Notes: generated from the sequence alone by a model not told the origin. Positions 38,886 through 48,836 are shown, numbered from the stretch's first letter. The stretch: 64,000 bases of DNA from an uncultured virus (IMG/VR IMGVR_UViG_3300031216_000010) (IMGVR_UViG_3300031216_000010), one strand, 5' to 3'. Made by a program: numbers and translations.

Positions 38886-39121
38886 TGTCAGAAGAAATGG
38901 ACCAGTACAGAGAAGAAATAGCAGCGAAGCCGCTGGGTGAGCTTGTGGATGAACTCCTACAGCTACGACTGTCTGAGCCGGACGGCGCTAAGGCTCAGAT
39001 CACAAACATGCAAAAAATTCGTGAAGTAGTGTACCAGCTTAACCAACGAGAGGTAGTGGACGATGGAAAAGAACCCAAGCCCCGCCGAAACAATATCGGA
39101 AGTCTCAAAACCATCCTATGA
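38885..39121 (+). CDS. Hypothetical protein
   Basis: TGATG coupling; GGAG RBS. Confidence 0.6.
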   Translation: MSEEMDQYREEIAAKPLGELVDELLQLRLSEPDGAKAQITNMQKIREVVYQLNQREVVDDGKEPKPRRNNIGSLKTIL

Positions 39122-39134
39122 ACAAGGGCCGGAT

Positions 39135-40178
39135 ATGCCTTCGACCAAGCGCCGCCCGAACGATGTGTTTGAGCGCTTCAAAGATTTTTTCAAAGACAGA
39201 CCCACAGACAAGAAGGTCTGTCTCGTACTGCAACACACCCCAGACCCTGACGCTATCGGATCTGCTCTGGGATTGGAGTGGATTCTAGAGGCTGAATATG
39301 GCCTCCAGTGTGATATCTTCTACTCGGGCCAGATTTCACACCCGCAGAACCAGACCGAAGTGAACGTCCTCGATGTTCGCCTCAAGCACAAAGACGATTT
39401 TGAGGTGGAGAACTACTCGACGTTTGTTACAGTAGATTCTGTGCCTCAGAATACAGGCTTCGATGAGATTGAAGAGTGGCACTGTGTTTTCGACCACCAC
39501 CAGTTCGACATGGATTTGCCCGTCACAGACATACGCACCTGTGGCTCGTGCTCGGCCATTATATGGGACTACATCTGCCACTTTGATTTAGATTTTGAGA
39601 CGGAGCGGGGTATACTGGTTGCGACCGCCTTACTGTTTGGGGTAGTCAACGACACGCACAACCTTCTCGACGAGAATGTCTCGAAGCTGGACTTGGACGC
39701 ACATTCCCACTTGATAGCCTACATCGACCGTAAGAAGTTCCACAGCATTGTCCACCACCCCCTCCCTCCTTACCTGTTTGAGTTGCGAGCACTAGCAGCA
39801 TCCAACATGGTCAATGAGGCTTCTATCCTCATCTCTTATCTCGGAATCCTCTCTAGCAAGAGGCGGGATGCTCTGCCTATTATCGCAGACGAGTTCCTTC
39901 GGATGGAGGGTGTTGAAACTGTGGTAGTCTTTTGCCTCATTGACGGGTTCATTCACGCCTCTGTGCGCTCCCGCAACTCATCTGTTAATGTTCACAATTT
40001 CTGCCAGAAGGTCTTTGGTCCTGAGTCCTCTGGAGGCAAGTCGGGTAGTGGTGGGGCTAAGGTTCCTCTTGGCTTTCTTTACTCCCCGGAGGATGATGGG
40101 GAAGACCAACAGAAGCTATCTGAGTTCGCCAAGGCTACGATTACCAAACGAATCATCCGTCATCTTTCCGGTGCTTAA
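39135..40178 (+). CDS. DHH/DHHA1 phosphoesterase (NrnA/c-di-NMP phosphodiesterase family)
   Basis: HTPDPDAIGS, VTVD, FDHH, SVRS and GG motifs. Confidence 0.85.
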   Translation: MPSTKRRPNDVFERFKDFFKDRPTDKKVCLVLQHTPDPDAIGSALGLEWILEAEYGLQCDIFYSGQISHPQNQTEVNVLDVRLKHKDDFEVENYSTFVTVDSVPQNTGFDEIEEWHCVFDHHQFDMDLPVTDIRTCGSCSAIIWDYICHFDLDFETERGILVATALLFGVVNDTHNLLDENVSKLDLDAHSHLIAYIDRKKFHSIVHHPLPPYLFELRALAASNMVNEASILISYLGILSSKRRDALPIIADEFLRMEGVETVVVFCLIDGFIHASVRSRNSSVNVHNFCQKVFGPESSGGKSGSGGAKVPLGFLYSPEDDGEDQQKLSEFAKATITKRIIRHLSGA

Positions 40179-40226
40179 CACTATCCTTTACGACCCTGTT
40201 CACGACGACCCTGTTCACGACCACTT

Positions 40227-40970
40227 ATGATTATTAACCGATTCCAAGATGCCCTTTTCTACAAGGCAGCTTCCGACGCTCTAGGATTGAGTCTGTACTC
40301 CTATGAGGACATCACAGACACGACTTTCCACACAGACGTAGCGGTAGGGGATTTCTTCTTACAGTACCGTAGACCCTCTTTTAGGGGTTGTACGAGATAC
40401 GTGTCCCCTTCCCCGTACACGATAGATGAGACACTAACGTTACCTGCTATGCTTCGGTATGAGAACCTAGCAAGGCCCAAGGTCGGCTTCGTGAATCCCA
40501 CTACGGAAGTGGCTTTTCCTGCTTTCAGAATCATGCGAGTTTTCAATGTGGCATCTTCAAATGACCACTGTACTTCTTTTTCTGCTCATTCTGTCTACAG
40601 TGGCCATTGGGGGTTCCGCCAACTCCACCCCCAAGCAATATCTTCAAGAAAATCAGATAAGTGGTGGGACTCTTACCTCACCACTTCTGTCTACCATCGT
40701 GATCTCATACTCCGAAAAGGTCCGCCAGAGGAGTCTCGGGGTAGGACCGGGATAATTGGCAAATTTACGGACCCGGACAAGCTTCTTGAACACTTCTCAA
40801 AACATACCATCATTCCTGCGATTGGTAAGTATCACACTCAGGGTGTAACTGTGTACTCACCTCAAAGATCCTTCTACCCCCTTTGGAGGGCTTTGATTTC
40901 GGATGAGCCGGAACGCCCCTCTGTTGTAGCGACCGTCAAAGAATACCTCAGTCGAGAGAGTTTAGTATGA
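40227..40970 (+). CDS. Hypothetical protein
   Basis: 247-aa ORF between two phosphoesterases. Confidence 0.6.
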   Translation: MIINRFQDALFYKAASDALGLSLYSYEDITDTTFHTDVAVGDFFLQYRRPSFRGCTRYVSPSPYTIDETLTLPAMLRYENLARPKVGFVNPTTEVAFPAFRIMRVFNVASSNDHCTSFSAHSVYSGHWGFRQLHPQAISSRKSDKWWDSYLTTSVYHRDLILRKGPPEESRGRTGIIGKFTDPDKLLEHFSKHTIIPAIGKYHTQGVTVYSPQRSFYPLWRALISDEPERPSVVATVKEYLSRESLV

Positions 40971-41746
40971 AGATGACATTTTTAGGTACAGGTGGGGCAT
41001 TCAGCCGCCGCCGTCAGAACTACCACAACAACGTTCTACTTGAGTCTGAGGGGAAGAAGTACCTCATTGACTGCGGGACGACAGCCTTGGAGAGCCTTGG
41101 AGAGCTTGGGCACGATATTATGAGCTTGGATGGCGTCGTTATCACACACCATCACGCCGACCACATTGGTGGCCTTGAAGAGCTAGGCTACCAAGGCTAC
41201 TTTGTAGGGGACAAACGCTTTGAGCTATATGCTCCGGCACTTCTTGTACCTTCTGAGGTTGGGAGCGAAGGCATCGACCTGTGGGACAACTCGCTGCGGG
41301 CTGGTATGGAGCCCTTACAGGATAGGGAAGGTAACCCCCTTAAGGCCACGCTAGCGACCTACTTTGACGTGCACCCGGTGCCTCACCCAGAGGCTGTTGT
41401 CCAACTAGGTGGTGTGAAGATAGCCTTTTTCAAGACAGACCACGTGCCGGACATGCATTCTTTTGGATTGATGCTGGAATCAGAGACAGGTACTCGTGTG
41501 TTCTACTCAGCGGACACGACATCAACTTCATTCCGTCACTTGCCGGAGTTTGATATTGTGTTCCATGACTGCTCTTTCAGGGACCATTACCCGGCTACCG
41601 TTCACACTCACTTTGAGGAATTGATTTCTCTGCCTCCCGTGGTAAGGTCGAAAACATACCTTATGCACTACGGGGACATTGAGACAGCCCCGAAAGACCT
41701 ACACGGGATGCAAGTGGTGCGGAGGCATCAAGCCTTTGAGTTGTAA
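40967..41746 (+). CDS. Metallo-beta-lactamase-fold hydrolase, Apyc1-like (cyclic mononucleotide phosphodiesterase)
   Basis: GTGGAFS, IDCG, THHHADHIGGLEE, LWDNSL, SADT, FHDC and LMHYGD motifs. Confidence 0.75.
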   Translation: MKMTFLGTGGAFSRRRQNYHNNVLLESEGKKYLIDCGTTALESLGELGHDIMSLDGVVITHHHADHIGGLEELGYQGYFVGDKRFELYAPALLVPSEVGSEGIDLWDNSLRAGMEPLQDREGNPLKATLATYFDVHPVPHPEAVVQLGGVKIAFFKTDHVPDMHSFGLMLESETGTRVFYSADTTSTSFRHLPEFDIVFHDCSFRDHYPATVHTHFEELISLPPVVRSKTYLMHYGDIETAPKDLHGMQVVRRHQAFEL

Positions 41747-41827
41747 GTAATCTGCTTGTATCCCGTCTCTTAAAAGGGCAGATCGTTAACCAAACCTCAC
41801 AGAGCGTGAGGCAGAACCGGACGAGAC

Positions 41828-42367
41828 ATGGATACGTTGCTTCTCAATGCTGACTACAAGCCCAAGGCTGTTCTTTCGTGGCAGAAAGCTATCGAGATGG
41901 TTCTTCGTGACGTTGTGTTCACAGTAGTGGAGTATGAGGAATGGGAGGTGCACAGCCCTTCCGTCACTCTGGTAGTTCCAGCGGTATTGGCGCTTCAAAA
42001 GTATGTCCACCGCAGGAAGGCCGTCTCTTTCAGCAGGACCAACATCTACATAAGAGACGACTTTACGTGCCAGTACTGTGGCCTATCCGCAGGGGATGGT
42101 GGCTTGAATGTGAGGGACCTCACCTTTGACCATGTGGTTCCTCATAGCAGAGGCGGAGGTACGACGTGGGAGAACATCACTACGTCGTGTTCGGATTGCA
42201 ACAGGCGGAAGGGCGACCAGACACCTAAAGAAGCAAGGATGGCGCTGTTATCTAAGCCGCATGAGCCGCGCCATCTGAACAACGTAGAGTACAGCCTCAT
42301 TGGTAAGTCTGTGCCGGAGGAGTGGCACGCTTACCTCCCCGATGGTCAATATGCACTGACCGGTTGA
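41828..42367 (+). CDS. HNH endonuclease
   Basis: RDDFTCQYCG, TFDHVVPHSRGG, WEN...CSDCN..KG. Confidence 0.9.
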   Translation: MDTLLLNADYKPKAVLSWQKAIEMVLRDVVFTVVEYEEWEVHSPSVTLVVPAVLALQKYVHRRKAVSFSRTNIYIRDDFTCQYCGLSAGDGGLNVRDLTFDHVVPHSRGGGTTWENITTSCSDCNRRKGDQTPKEARMALLSKPHEPRHLNNVEYSLIGKSVPEEWHAYLPDGQYALTG

Positions 42368-42370
42368 ATC

Positions 42371-42402
42371 AACGCCCCCGGCTTATCGTCGGGGGCGTTT
42401 TT
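42371..42402 (+). terminator. Rho-independent terminator
   Basis: AACGCCCCCGGC...GTCGGGGGCGTT followed by T tract. Confidence 0.85.
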
Positions 42403-42445
42403 CTATTTGTACCTGAGGCTAGTGTAATCACACGGGTTTCGTCTT

Positions 42446-43720
42446 ATGTTCCTCACGGGCAATATCACATTCCTCTATTTCCTCATCATCGACGGGGAAA
42501 TAGAACTGCTTACCACCTCCGAAAGTCGGGTGGAGGATGCCGCCGCCCTCTATCTGGAAAAGCTCCAGTCCGATTACGGTACGGCACCTAATTGGGAGGC
42601 GGTAGGCGCTCAGTGCGTCATCGTCCAGAGAGACGACCTCTACGATATTCAGATTTCAGTCCCGTTCTCGCCCCTGTATGACATCAAAGTCAAGCTCACT
42701 GATGCGTGCCGGTCCAAGTCCATTGAAATGTTTGGGCGGACGATGTTTAACGAGTTTGAACTTCTGGATTGGAAGTATCCTGAGGTCGTGGCAACACACA
42801 CATTTGGACGGGACGACATGGCTAGGTGGGTTAGAAAAGACGATGCTCCCGTAGACAGGGCTGTTAATGCCCGCAGAATGCCTCTAGGACTTCCCGGAGG
42901 CCCCTGCCACGTTATCCGCAACATTGAGGAACACAAGCTACCTGATACAGTCAAAGAAGACCTTATCGAGGACATAGAGAAGGGGAAAGATCTTTCCAAC
43001 TCGGATGCGGACCTTCTCTATGACAGGGTATCTATACCGAGTAAGATTGACCTGTTCAAGACCTTGGAGCTTACGGCACACGCTCAGTATCGGATGGACC
43101 AAAGAGGCGTCACGGTTGTGGATGTCCAGAAAGGCTTGGACGAGTTTGAGCGGTGGTATGAGGCCAGACGGAATAGCAATAAGCGCCTTCGACCCGAACA
43201 GCAAAAGATTCTAACCAACCTCGGATACGGTGATCCCGTTCGTTTTGAAGCCTCAAGAAGCGGGGTCACGATTATTTTCGTGGTTGAAAATCGAAAAGGG
43301 AGACTTGTATCCACATGGTGGACCAACACGCCTAACCCTAAGACCCCAAGACCGGGGGAGTGTGAAGTCATCCCCTACATTGACCGAGATCAGGAGCGGG
43401 ACAGACCCCGAATCCTTGGAGGACGTATGAGCAAGTTAAGACTGGCAAAGATGGTGGCCCGTATGTATCAAGCCAACTGCGGCGGAGACTGCGGTGGAGA
43501 CTGCGGCTGTGGTGGTAATTGCGGCGGAGACTGCGGCTGTAAGTCGGCTGGCGATGAGATGTACCTCCAAAGCCCTGTGTGGGATGAAGGGAGAGATGAT
43601 GACTTCCTTTATGCGGAGGACTCTGCCCTTACCGACCCTGAGAGTTGGTATGAAGATTCGGTAGAGGACGAAGAGATGGAGAATACCGTCCTTACCGATT
43701 TCTGGAAGGAAAGTTATTGA
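42446..43720 (+). CDS. Composite ORF: unknown N-terminal part, DUF4258-like RNase-fold part and Cys/Gly-rich acidic C-terminal part
   Basis: TAHAQYRMDQRGV motif; in-frame ATGs at 42818 and 43427, the latter after GGAGG. Confidence 0.6.
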   Translation: MFLTGNITFLYFLIIDGEIELLTTSESRVEDAAALYLEKLQSDYGTAPNWEAVGAQCVIVQRDDLYDIQISVPFSPLYDIKVKLTDACRSKSIEMFGRTMFNEFELLDWKYPEVVATHTFGRDDMARWVRKDDAPVDRAVNARRMPLGLPGGPCHVIRNIEEHKLPDTVKEDLIEDIEKGKDLSNSDADLLYDRVSIPSKIDLFKTLELTAHAQYRMDQRGVTVVDVQKGLDEFERWYEARRNSNKRLRPEQQKILTNLGYGDPVRFEASRSGVTIIFVVENRKGRLVSTWWTNTPNPKTPRPGECEVIPYIDRDQERDRPRILGGRMSKLRLAKMVARMYQANCGGDCGGDCGCGGNCGGDCGCKSAGDEMYLQSPVWDEGRDDDFLYAEDSALTDPESWYEDSVEDEEMENTVLTDFWKESY

Positions 43721-43770
43721 CCGATGCAACGGGCTAGGGTATCGTCTCCGCTACTACTACTGGAGGAACG

Positions 43771-44652
43771 ATGCCTATCCCTTTGAAAAGCTCACTAGAG
43801 CGTGGTCTACCTATCTCACTGAGCCGGTGGACCGATGTGGCACACTGGTACATGCCATGGCTACAGGACATGATGACCATCAAGGGAATCATTCCGGCAA
43901 CCGACCCTAAGATGTTGTCCCTTTCCTTCTGGAAAGCAGACCCCGACAACATACATTCTCTGTTTTTCTGGACCAAGTACCCCCCAAAACTTACCTCTGC
44001 GTTGCAAACGTGGCTGTCACCCTACCGGGTTTTCACCGCAGTGACTATTACTGGCTGGGAAGAGGTAGAGACTCGTGTACCCCCTTTAGTAGAGCAGCTT
44101 GACGCCTTCAAAGCCCATGTGCATCTGGTTGGCCCTGAATTGGTACAGTGGCGGTATTCCCCTGTTCCCAATGACTTTGGCTACCTCAATGAAGAGGGTC
44201 AAGCTCGCCGTGAGCAGTTCGGCACTATCTGCCAGACGATGGCGTCGATTGGTATGTCCACGGTGGATGTGAGCTTTCTCCAGCCCTCTCCGCATTGGGA
44301 CAAAGGCTACGAGCATAGCTCTACTACTAATGACGAGCGGGAGGCGCGTAAAGAGGCAATGCTACGCCTAGTAGGGATAGCCTCTGCTCACGGAATCAAG
44401 GTGGGCGTATGCGCAGATGACCTGAGGCTCCTAAACGAACTTGGAACCGAGTACGCTGGGGACGCCTTTGAGACCCGTTGCTTGGATAGGGGGAAGCTTG
44501 ACGACGTGTTCGGCCTAGCGACACCGAAACTTGACGAAAACGGATGTGGTTGTCAGTTGTCTCTAGACCCCTGTCAGGGCAAAATGTTCGGGTGCGCCTC
44601 TGGGTGTAAGTACTGCTACGTTCCTTTTACGAACATTCCAAAAGACCCTTGA
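43771..44652 (+). CDS. DUF1848 family (radical-SAM-like) protein
   Basis: SRWTD, FWTK, WRYSP and C-terminal CASGCKYCY. Confidence 0.75.
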   Translation: MPIPLKSSLERGLPISLSRWTDVAHWYMPWLQDMMTIKGIIPATDPKMLSLSFWKADPDNIHSLFFWTKYPPKLTSALQTWLSPYRVFTAVTITGWEEVETRVPPLVEQLDAFKAHVHLVGPELVQWRYSPVPNDFGYLNEEGQARREQFGTICQTMASIGMSTVDVSFLQPSPHWDKGYEHSSTTNDEREARKEAMLRLVGIASAHGIKVGVCADDLRLLNELGTEYAGDAFETRCLDRGKLDDVFGLATPKLDENGCGCQLSLDPCQGKMFGCASGCKYCYVPFTNIPKDP

Positions 44653-44706
44653 ACTTATCACTACCTTTGGGCTATAGTCGTAAAACCTATCGCGATACCT
44701 GAGGAA

Positions 44707-46110
44707 TTGATGAGTGATAATCCTTTTGAAGATATTGGCCCTGACGTAGCGGACAAGAGGCCGGAAAAGCCCTTCGAGAAGCGCATCAATGAATTCCGAG
44801 CTTTCTACAACCAGCCCAAAGTTAAGGACGCGGTGAAGAAAGCGGAGCGCCTTTTCAACGTGGCGAAGGATGTGAAGCCGTCTAATCCATTCTCACTGGC
44901 CCATGCGGTGGCTAAGACTGCGGACGTACTGTACGAATTCGATAAGATCACGACACCGCTCGCTCTTCGCAAGTTTCGGGAGTTACAGAAACAGGCGCAC
45001 GTACTCACACCGGATGAGGTTTCTCACGTATTTTTGAACCTCATAGACTCTTCTGAGGTTGAAGAGGTCCAGACGGGCACCTCTAGTACACTCGGTCGAC
45101 CCGGCCTTTCTCACGCCTTGAACACCTTTCTACTGGAAGATGACGAAGGGGGTATACCTATCTTCTGGTACCAAGATGGGATGGATGTCTCTGAGATAAT
45201 CTGTGCACAAGAGTTCGACCCCGACCGGGCGAAGAAGGCTCTGGGCAGACTACTGTGGGCCAAGTACGGCTCTCAGGTAGAGATGAGGTGGAGCCAAAAC
45301 AGAGAGTTTGAGTTCCACACGAAGGCAGAGCACCCTTGGCATTATGAGGGTGATTTCGGGAACATGCTCATAGACCGATGGAAGTCTGCCTTTGAGAAGG
45401 GAATCCGTCGATTCATCATCCTTCACGGTCCGCCCGGCACAGGCAAATCTACCCTCGCCCGCCAGTTAGGTCTCGATATCGGTGCGAATGTTCTCTTTGT
45501 GCCTGTAGAGACTATCCTAGACGCTGCGTCGGTCAAATACTTCGTCGATGTCATGCAGGCTATCATGCCCGAAGTGACTATCATTGACGACTTTGACCGC
45601 ATGAAGAATAACGACCTAGAGCGCCTACTGTCTTCCTTTGAAGAGACTGAGAACAAGGTGCCTTTGCTTCTGGCAACGACGAACCACCTTAACCGGTTAC
45701 CTGACGCTATCAAAAGGCCGGGCCGCTTCGACGAGATATGGAAGATTGCGTCCCCGCCCCCAGAGGTTTTGGGTAGGGTTATTTCTTATCTGGCCGAACT
45801 GGAAGGTATGTCCTTGTCCGATAACGAAGTTACCCTTATCTCTAAGTTAGCAGAGGAGCGGAAATTATCAGGTGCTCATATCCGTGAGATCATCCGGCGC
45901 ATGGTGCTGGGGGACTTTAAGGAAGGCTGGTCCACGGGTGGGGGCTTGCAGTTTGATGACCGTGACCTCACTTTCTCTACCGATTGGCGACCTTCTGATT
46001 ACGAACAAGAGGGCGTGAGCGTCGCAATAGGTGAGGACGAGGACGAGGACGCGGACGCGTACGCGTACGACTTTGACGACGGGGAATATCCCCTTGAAGA
46101 GGATTACTGA
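44707..46110 (+). CDS. AAA+ ATPase
   Basis: GPPGTGKS, IIDDFD, TTN and RPGRFD. Confidence 0.9.
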   Translation: MMSDNPFEDIGPDVADKRPEKPFEKRINEFRAFYNQPKVKDAVKKAERLFNVAKDVKPSNPFSLAHAVAKTADVLYEFDKITTPLALRKFRELQKQAHVLTPDEVSHVFLNLIDSSEVEEVQTGTSSTLGRPGLSHALNTFLLEDDEGGIPIFWYQDGMDVSEIICAQEFDPDRAKKALGRLLWAKYGSQVEMRWSQNREFEFHTKAEHPWHYEGDFGNMLIDRWKSAFEKGIRRFIILHGPPGTGKSTLARQLGLDIGANVLFVPVETILDAASVKYFVDVMQAIMPEVTIIDDFDRMKNNDLERLLSSFEETENKVPLLLATTNHLNRLPDAIKRPGRFDEIWKIASPPPEVLGRVISYLAELEGMSLSDNEVTLISKLAEERKLSGAHIREIIRRMVLGDFKEGWSTGGGLQFDDRDLTFSTDWRPSDYEQEGVSVAIGEDEDEDADAYAYDFDDGEYPLEEDY

Positions 46111-46409
46111 TGGCTAAGAAATGTTACTGGTTCACGCAAGGTAAGTGTCAAATAGCGGGATTCGAGTCTTCAATGGTTTACGGTATTCTCGCTAGAGTTC
46201 CCGAAGCTAGAGAGACCCTAGTAGACTGTACCTCCACGTGTGACGTGGCGCAGGAGTATTTGGACTTTGCAAGCAATCCAAGGACTCTCGTAGAACCCGC
46301 TGATGTGACCAATGCGAGGTTTCAAGGGCAGATCAACACCTACGAGGATAACAGTAGGCTGCGTGCCTCCAACCCTACGACACCGAAATCCCACAAAGAA
46401 GAGGACTGA
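46110..46409 (+). CDS. Hypothetical protein
   Basis: TGATG coupling. Confidence 0.6.
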   Translation: MAKKCYWFTQGKCQIAGFESSMVYGILARVPEARETLVDCTSTCDVAQEYLDFASNPRTLVEPADVTNARFQGQINTYEDNSRLRASNPTTPKSHKEED

Positions 46410-46411
46410 CT

Positions 46412-46768
46412 GTGAAGAAGATTCGCCGTAAAAGCAGCTATGAGAACCCGGTCAACACACAGGTAGCCAAGACCCTCACTGAAATTCAAGGGGTGGCTGA
46501 GATTTTAAAGGGTGGTGTGGGCAGCATCCAAGATGCGATGATGGAGTTGCAGCATGACATCTTCGTGGTCCAAGAGGCACTGGAGATGAATTTCTGGGTC
46601 AATCTAAGGATGCAGATGATGGGGTACTTTGGTCCTGATTCTGAGTTGAGGGATGACCCCGAAGGCATGATGGAGGTGGCACAAGACCTTCAACAAGAGT
46701 ACTTAGCCACGATAGCTATCGCGGGATTCTTAGCGTCTCTGGCCCTTGAGGACGACGGGGAACCTTAG
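46412..46768 (+). CDS. Hypothetical protein
   Basis: GAGGA RBS. Confidence 0.6.
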   Translation: MKKIRRKSSYENPVNTQVAKTLTEIQGVAEILKGGVGSIQDAMMELQHDIFVVQEALEMNFWVNLRMQMMGYFGPDSELRDDPEGMMEVAQDLQQEYLATIAIAGFLASLALEDDGEP

Positions 46769-46774
46769 AGCTTG

Positions 46775-46804
46775 TTGACAAAGCTTCTCAGACTCGGGTA
46801 TTCT
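46775..46804 (+). promoter_or_regulatory. Sigma70-like promoter
   Basis: TTGACA-N18-TATTCT. Confidence 0.55.
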
Positions 46805-46829
46805 AGCCTCGAATCTAGAGGAGCGCCCT

Positions 46830-47334
46830 ATGCAGATTGTCATATTTGAAGAGAAGTACGGCCCTGAAGTTTTTGAGGCCACCACGGAAGAACAATGGGA
46901 GAGGGTGTGCCTAAAGGTGTGCCTAGACCGGATTGACGCTGGTTGGTATCGGCCCCCCGGCACTAAGCCCATGCGTCCAACAGGGTTACAAGAAGACTCT
47001 CAGGACTGGTTAAGGGCCGCTTGGAAGGATGAAGTTTTGCTCTTCAAAAAAGAAGTACAATGAGTGGGCCTTCGACAGGGACATCTGGCAGGCTGTTGAG
47101 GCAGTTAAAGAGACCCGAGACTTTGCTTCCGCCCGAAGAGTCATAGAGATGCGTTGTGATGCCGGGTATCAGTATGAGAAGTACGAGAGGCTTCAGATAG
47201 AGCCTGTGGGGGATTCTATCCCGAGGTGGGCACACTCTGCCGTAGAGCAGACAAAGAAATTCATGGAGGTGCTGGCTCTGGTTGAAGAGGGCAGCACGGA
47301 CGACGAGCTTCTACAAGAGGCTAAGCTACTCTAG
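46830..47334 (+). pseudogene. Hypothetical gene split by +1 frameshift in an A6 run near 47046
   Basis: ORFs 46830-47063 and 47029-47334 join if one A is removed. Confidence 0.5.
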
Positions 47335-47482
47335 TGCCCCAACCACAGAAGCGCATCTCCCCCCGCTTTCTAGGCCGCATTGCGATGGGCAACTTGAATC
47401 ATTATTTCAGTCGGGGGGAGATAGACCGGGCTAAAGATACGGCGAGCCGGGTGCTGGCACGCATTAAGAACAAGGTCAACCT

Positions 47483-47683
47483 GTGAGTTCTGATGAAGAA
47501 TTGGTCCTTTCAGCCCTCAGGGTGAGCGAAGCGCCTCTCTCCCCGACTGAACTGAGGCATATCTGTGTGTCCAAAGGGCTTAGTCCTGAGGTACATATCA
47601 ACACTCTGGTTTGGCGGCTCGTGGATGAAGGTAAAGCGGAGTTCACCCCAGACTGGCTGTTGCGTCGTAAAGCACCGCCTTGA
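47483..47683 (+). CDS. Small winged-helix-like protein
   Basis: 66 aa; LVWRLVDEG. Confidence 0.5.
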   Translation: MSSDEELVLSALRVSEAPLSPTELRHICVSKGLSPEVHINTLVWRLVDEGKAEFTPDWLLRRKAPP

Positions 47684-47750
47684 TAATGTATTTGTTTTCC
47701 GCTCTCACTGCTAATGCTAAGTGGCATGAAACCTCGGTGAGACGTAAGAA

Positions 47751-48185
47751 GTGAATGAATTAAAGCGCGGTAAAGTCAAGTTTTTCAACTTCATGAAGGG
47801 ATACGGGTTCATCTGTCACGAGGACGTGGATTACTTTGTCCACGTCACTGACATCCAAAACGGTGATCTCCTCCTAGAGGATGAAGAGGTGGAGTTCAAA
47901 GGCGTTCAAGGTCAGAAGGGTTGGCAGGCCATCGAGGTTAATCGGATTGGCCCTCCCGACATGTTAGAAGAGGCCGGGAAAGTCAAATTCTACAACGAGG
48001 AAAGGGGCTACGGCTTTGTGGAGCGTGAAGGTAAGGCCGATGTTTTTGCCCACTTCACTGATATCGTTGAAGAGCAACGTTCCCGTGGCCTTGTTGAAGG
48101 TGATATGGTACAATTCCAAGTACGGCGTGGTCGGGATGGACGTGACCGGGCGTACAAGATCCAAATTCTGAGTGAAGAGAGTTAA
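47751..48185 (+). CDS. Tandem cold-shock-domain protein
   Basis: Two copies of GKVKF.N..[KR]GYGF...D.F.H. Confidence 0.9.
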   Translation: MNELKRGKVKFFNFMKGYGFICHEDVDYFVHVTDIQNGDLLLEDEEVEFKGVQGQKGWQAIEVNRIGPPDMLEEAGKVKFYNEERGYGFVEREGKADVFAHFTDIVEEQRSRGLVEGDMVQFQVRRGRDGRDRAYKIQILSEES

Positions 48186-48188
48186 GGC

Positions 48189-48623
48189 ATGAATTACACA
48201 CCGCTGTTACATGATGAGCAAGAAGTCTTGCTTCGGATGATTGAGGACCAAGCTGCTTACGTCGAAATCGAAGGTTGGGGCTACCACAGTAACCCTAAGA
48301 TCACAGCGGGCGATAAACGAGTGCAAGTCCGATTCCCGATGGAATTCAGCAAGCCGGTCGGCATCAGCGTTCCGGTCCACTCATTCAAACTCATTCTGCG
48401 ACTCCGAGACGGTCGCAAAGTCTTTGAAGACACCAAGTCGGTGGCCTACAACAATAATGCCCTCTGGGTACAGGCCGGGCTATGTATTGACCTCATCTGG
48501 GACATCGCGCTGGACAAAATCAGTGACGAGTTCCAGCGCATTTTCTTGCCCGGCACAAAGGGCAAGAAGGTGATGTCTATCAAGAATGGTCAGGTTGTGA
48601 GGGAGTCCAATGGCAAAGCGTAA
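48189..48623 (+). CDS. Hypothetical protein
   Basis: 144-aa ORF. Confidence 0.6.
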   Translation: MNYTPLLHDEQEVLLRMIEDQAAYVEIEGWGYHSNPKITAGDKRVQVRFPMEFSKPVGISVPVHSFKLILRLRDGRKVFEDTKSVAYNNNALWVQAGLCIDLIWDIALDKISDEFQRIFLPGTKGKKVMSIKNGQVVRESNGKA

Positions 48624-48834
48624 GATGAAACGGTTTCTTCGCCGCCCGCAGAAACAGAAAAACAAGGGCTTGCAGAAGTGGAAAAGGCTTTACGACCTCG
48701 CCTTGGAGCGAGCAGAGGCCGTCTCCGACCCCCGAGTCCAAGACCTTCGTCACTATGCCTCAGATCCCGAGAAGGCTCTCAGAAGCCTGTCTATCATATC
48801 TGAGACTGATATTGACAGGGAGTTCGTGGCCTAA
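48610..48834 (+). CDS. Small basic hypothetical protein
   Basis: GGAG RBS. Confidence 0.55.
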   Translation: MAKRKMKRFLRRPQKQKNKGLQKWKRLYDLALERAEAVSDPRVQDLRHYASDPEKALRSLSIISETDIDREFVA

Positions 48835-48836
48835 AG

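Noticed and set aside
47040..47055. Programmed -1 frameshift at AAAAAAG
   Set aside because: The downstream ORF is in the +1 frame, so the classic -1 slippery geometry does not fit.
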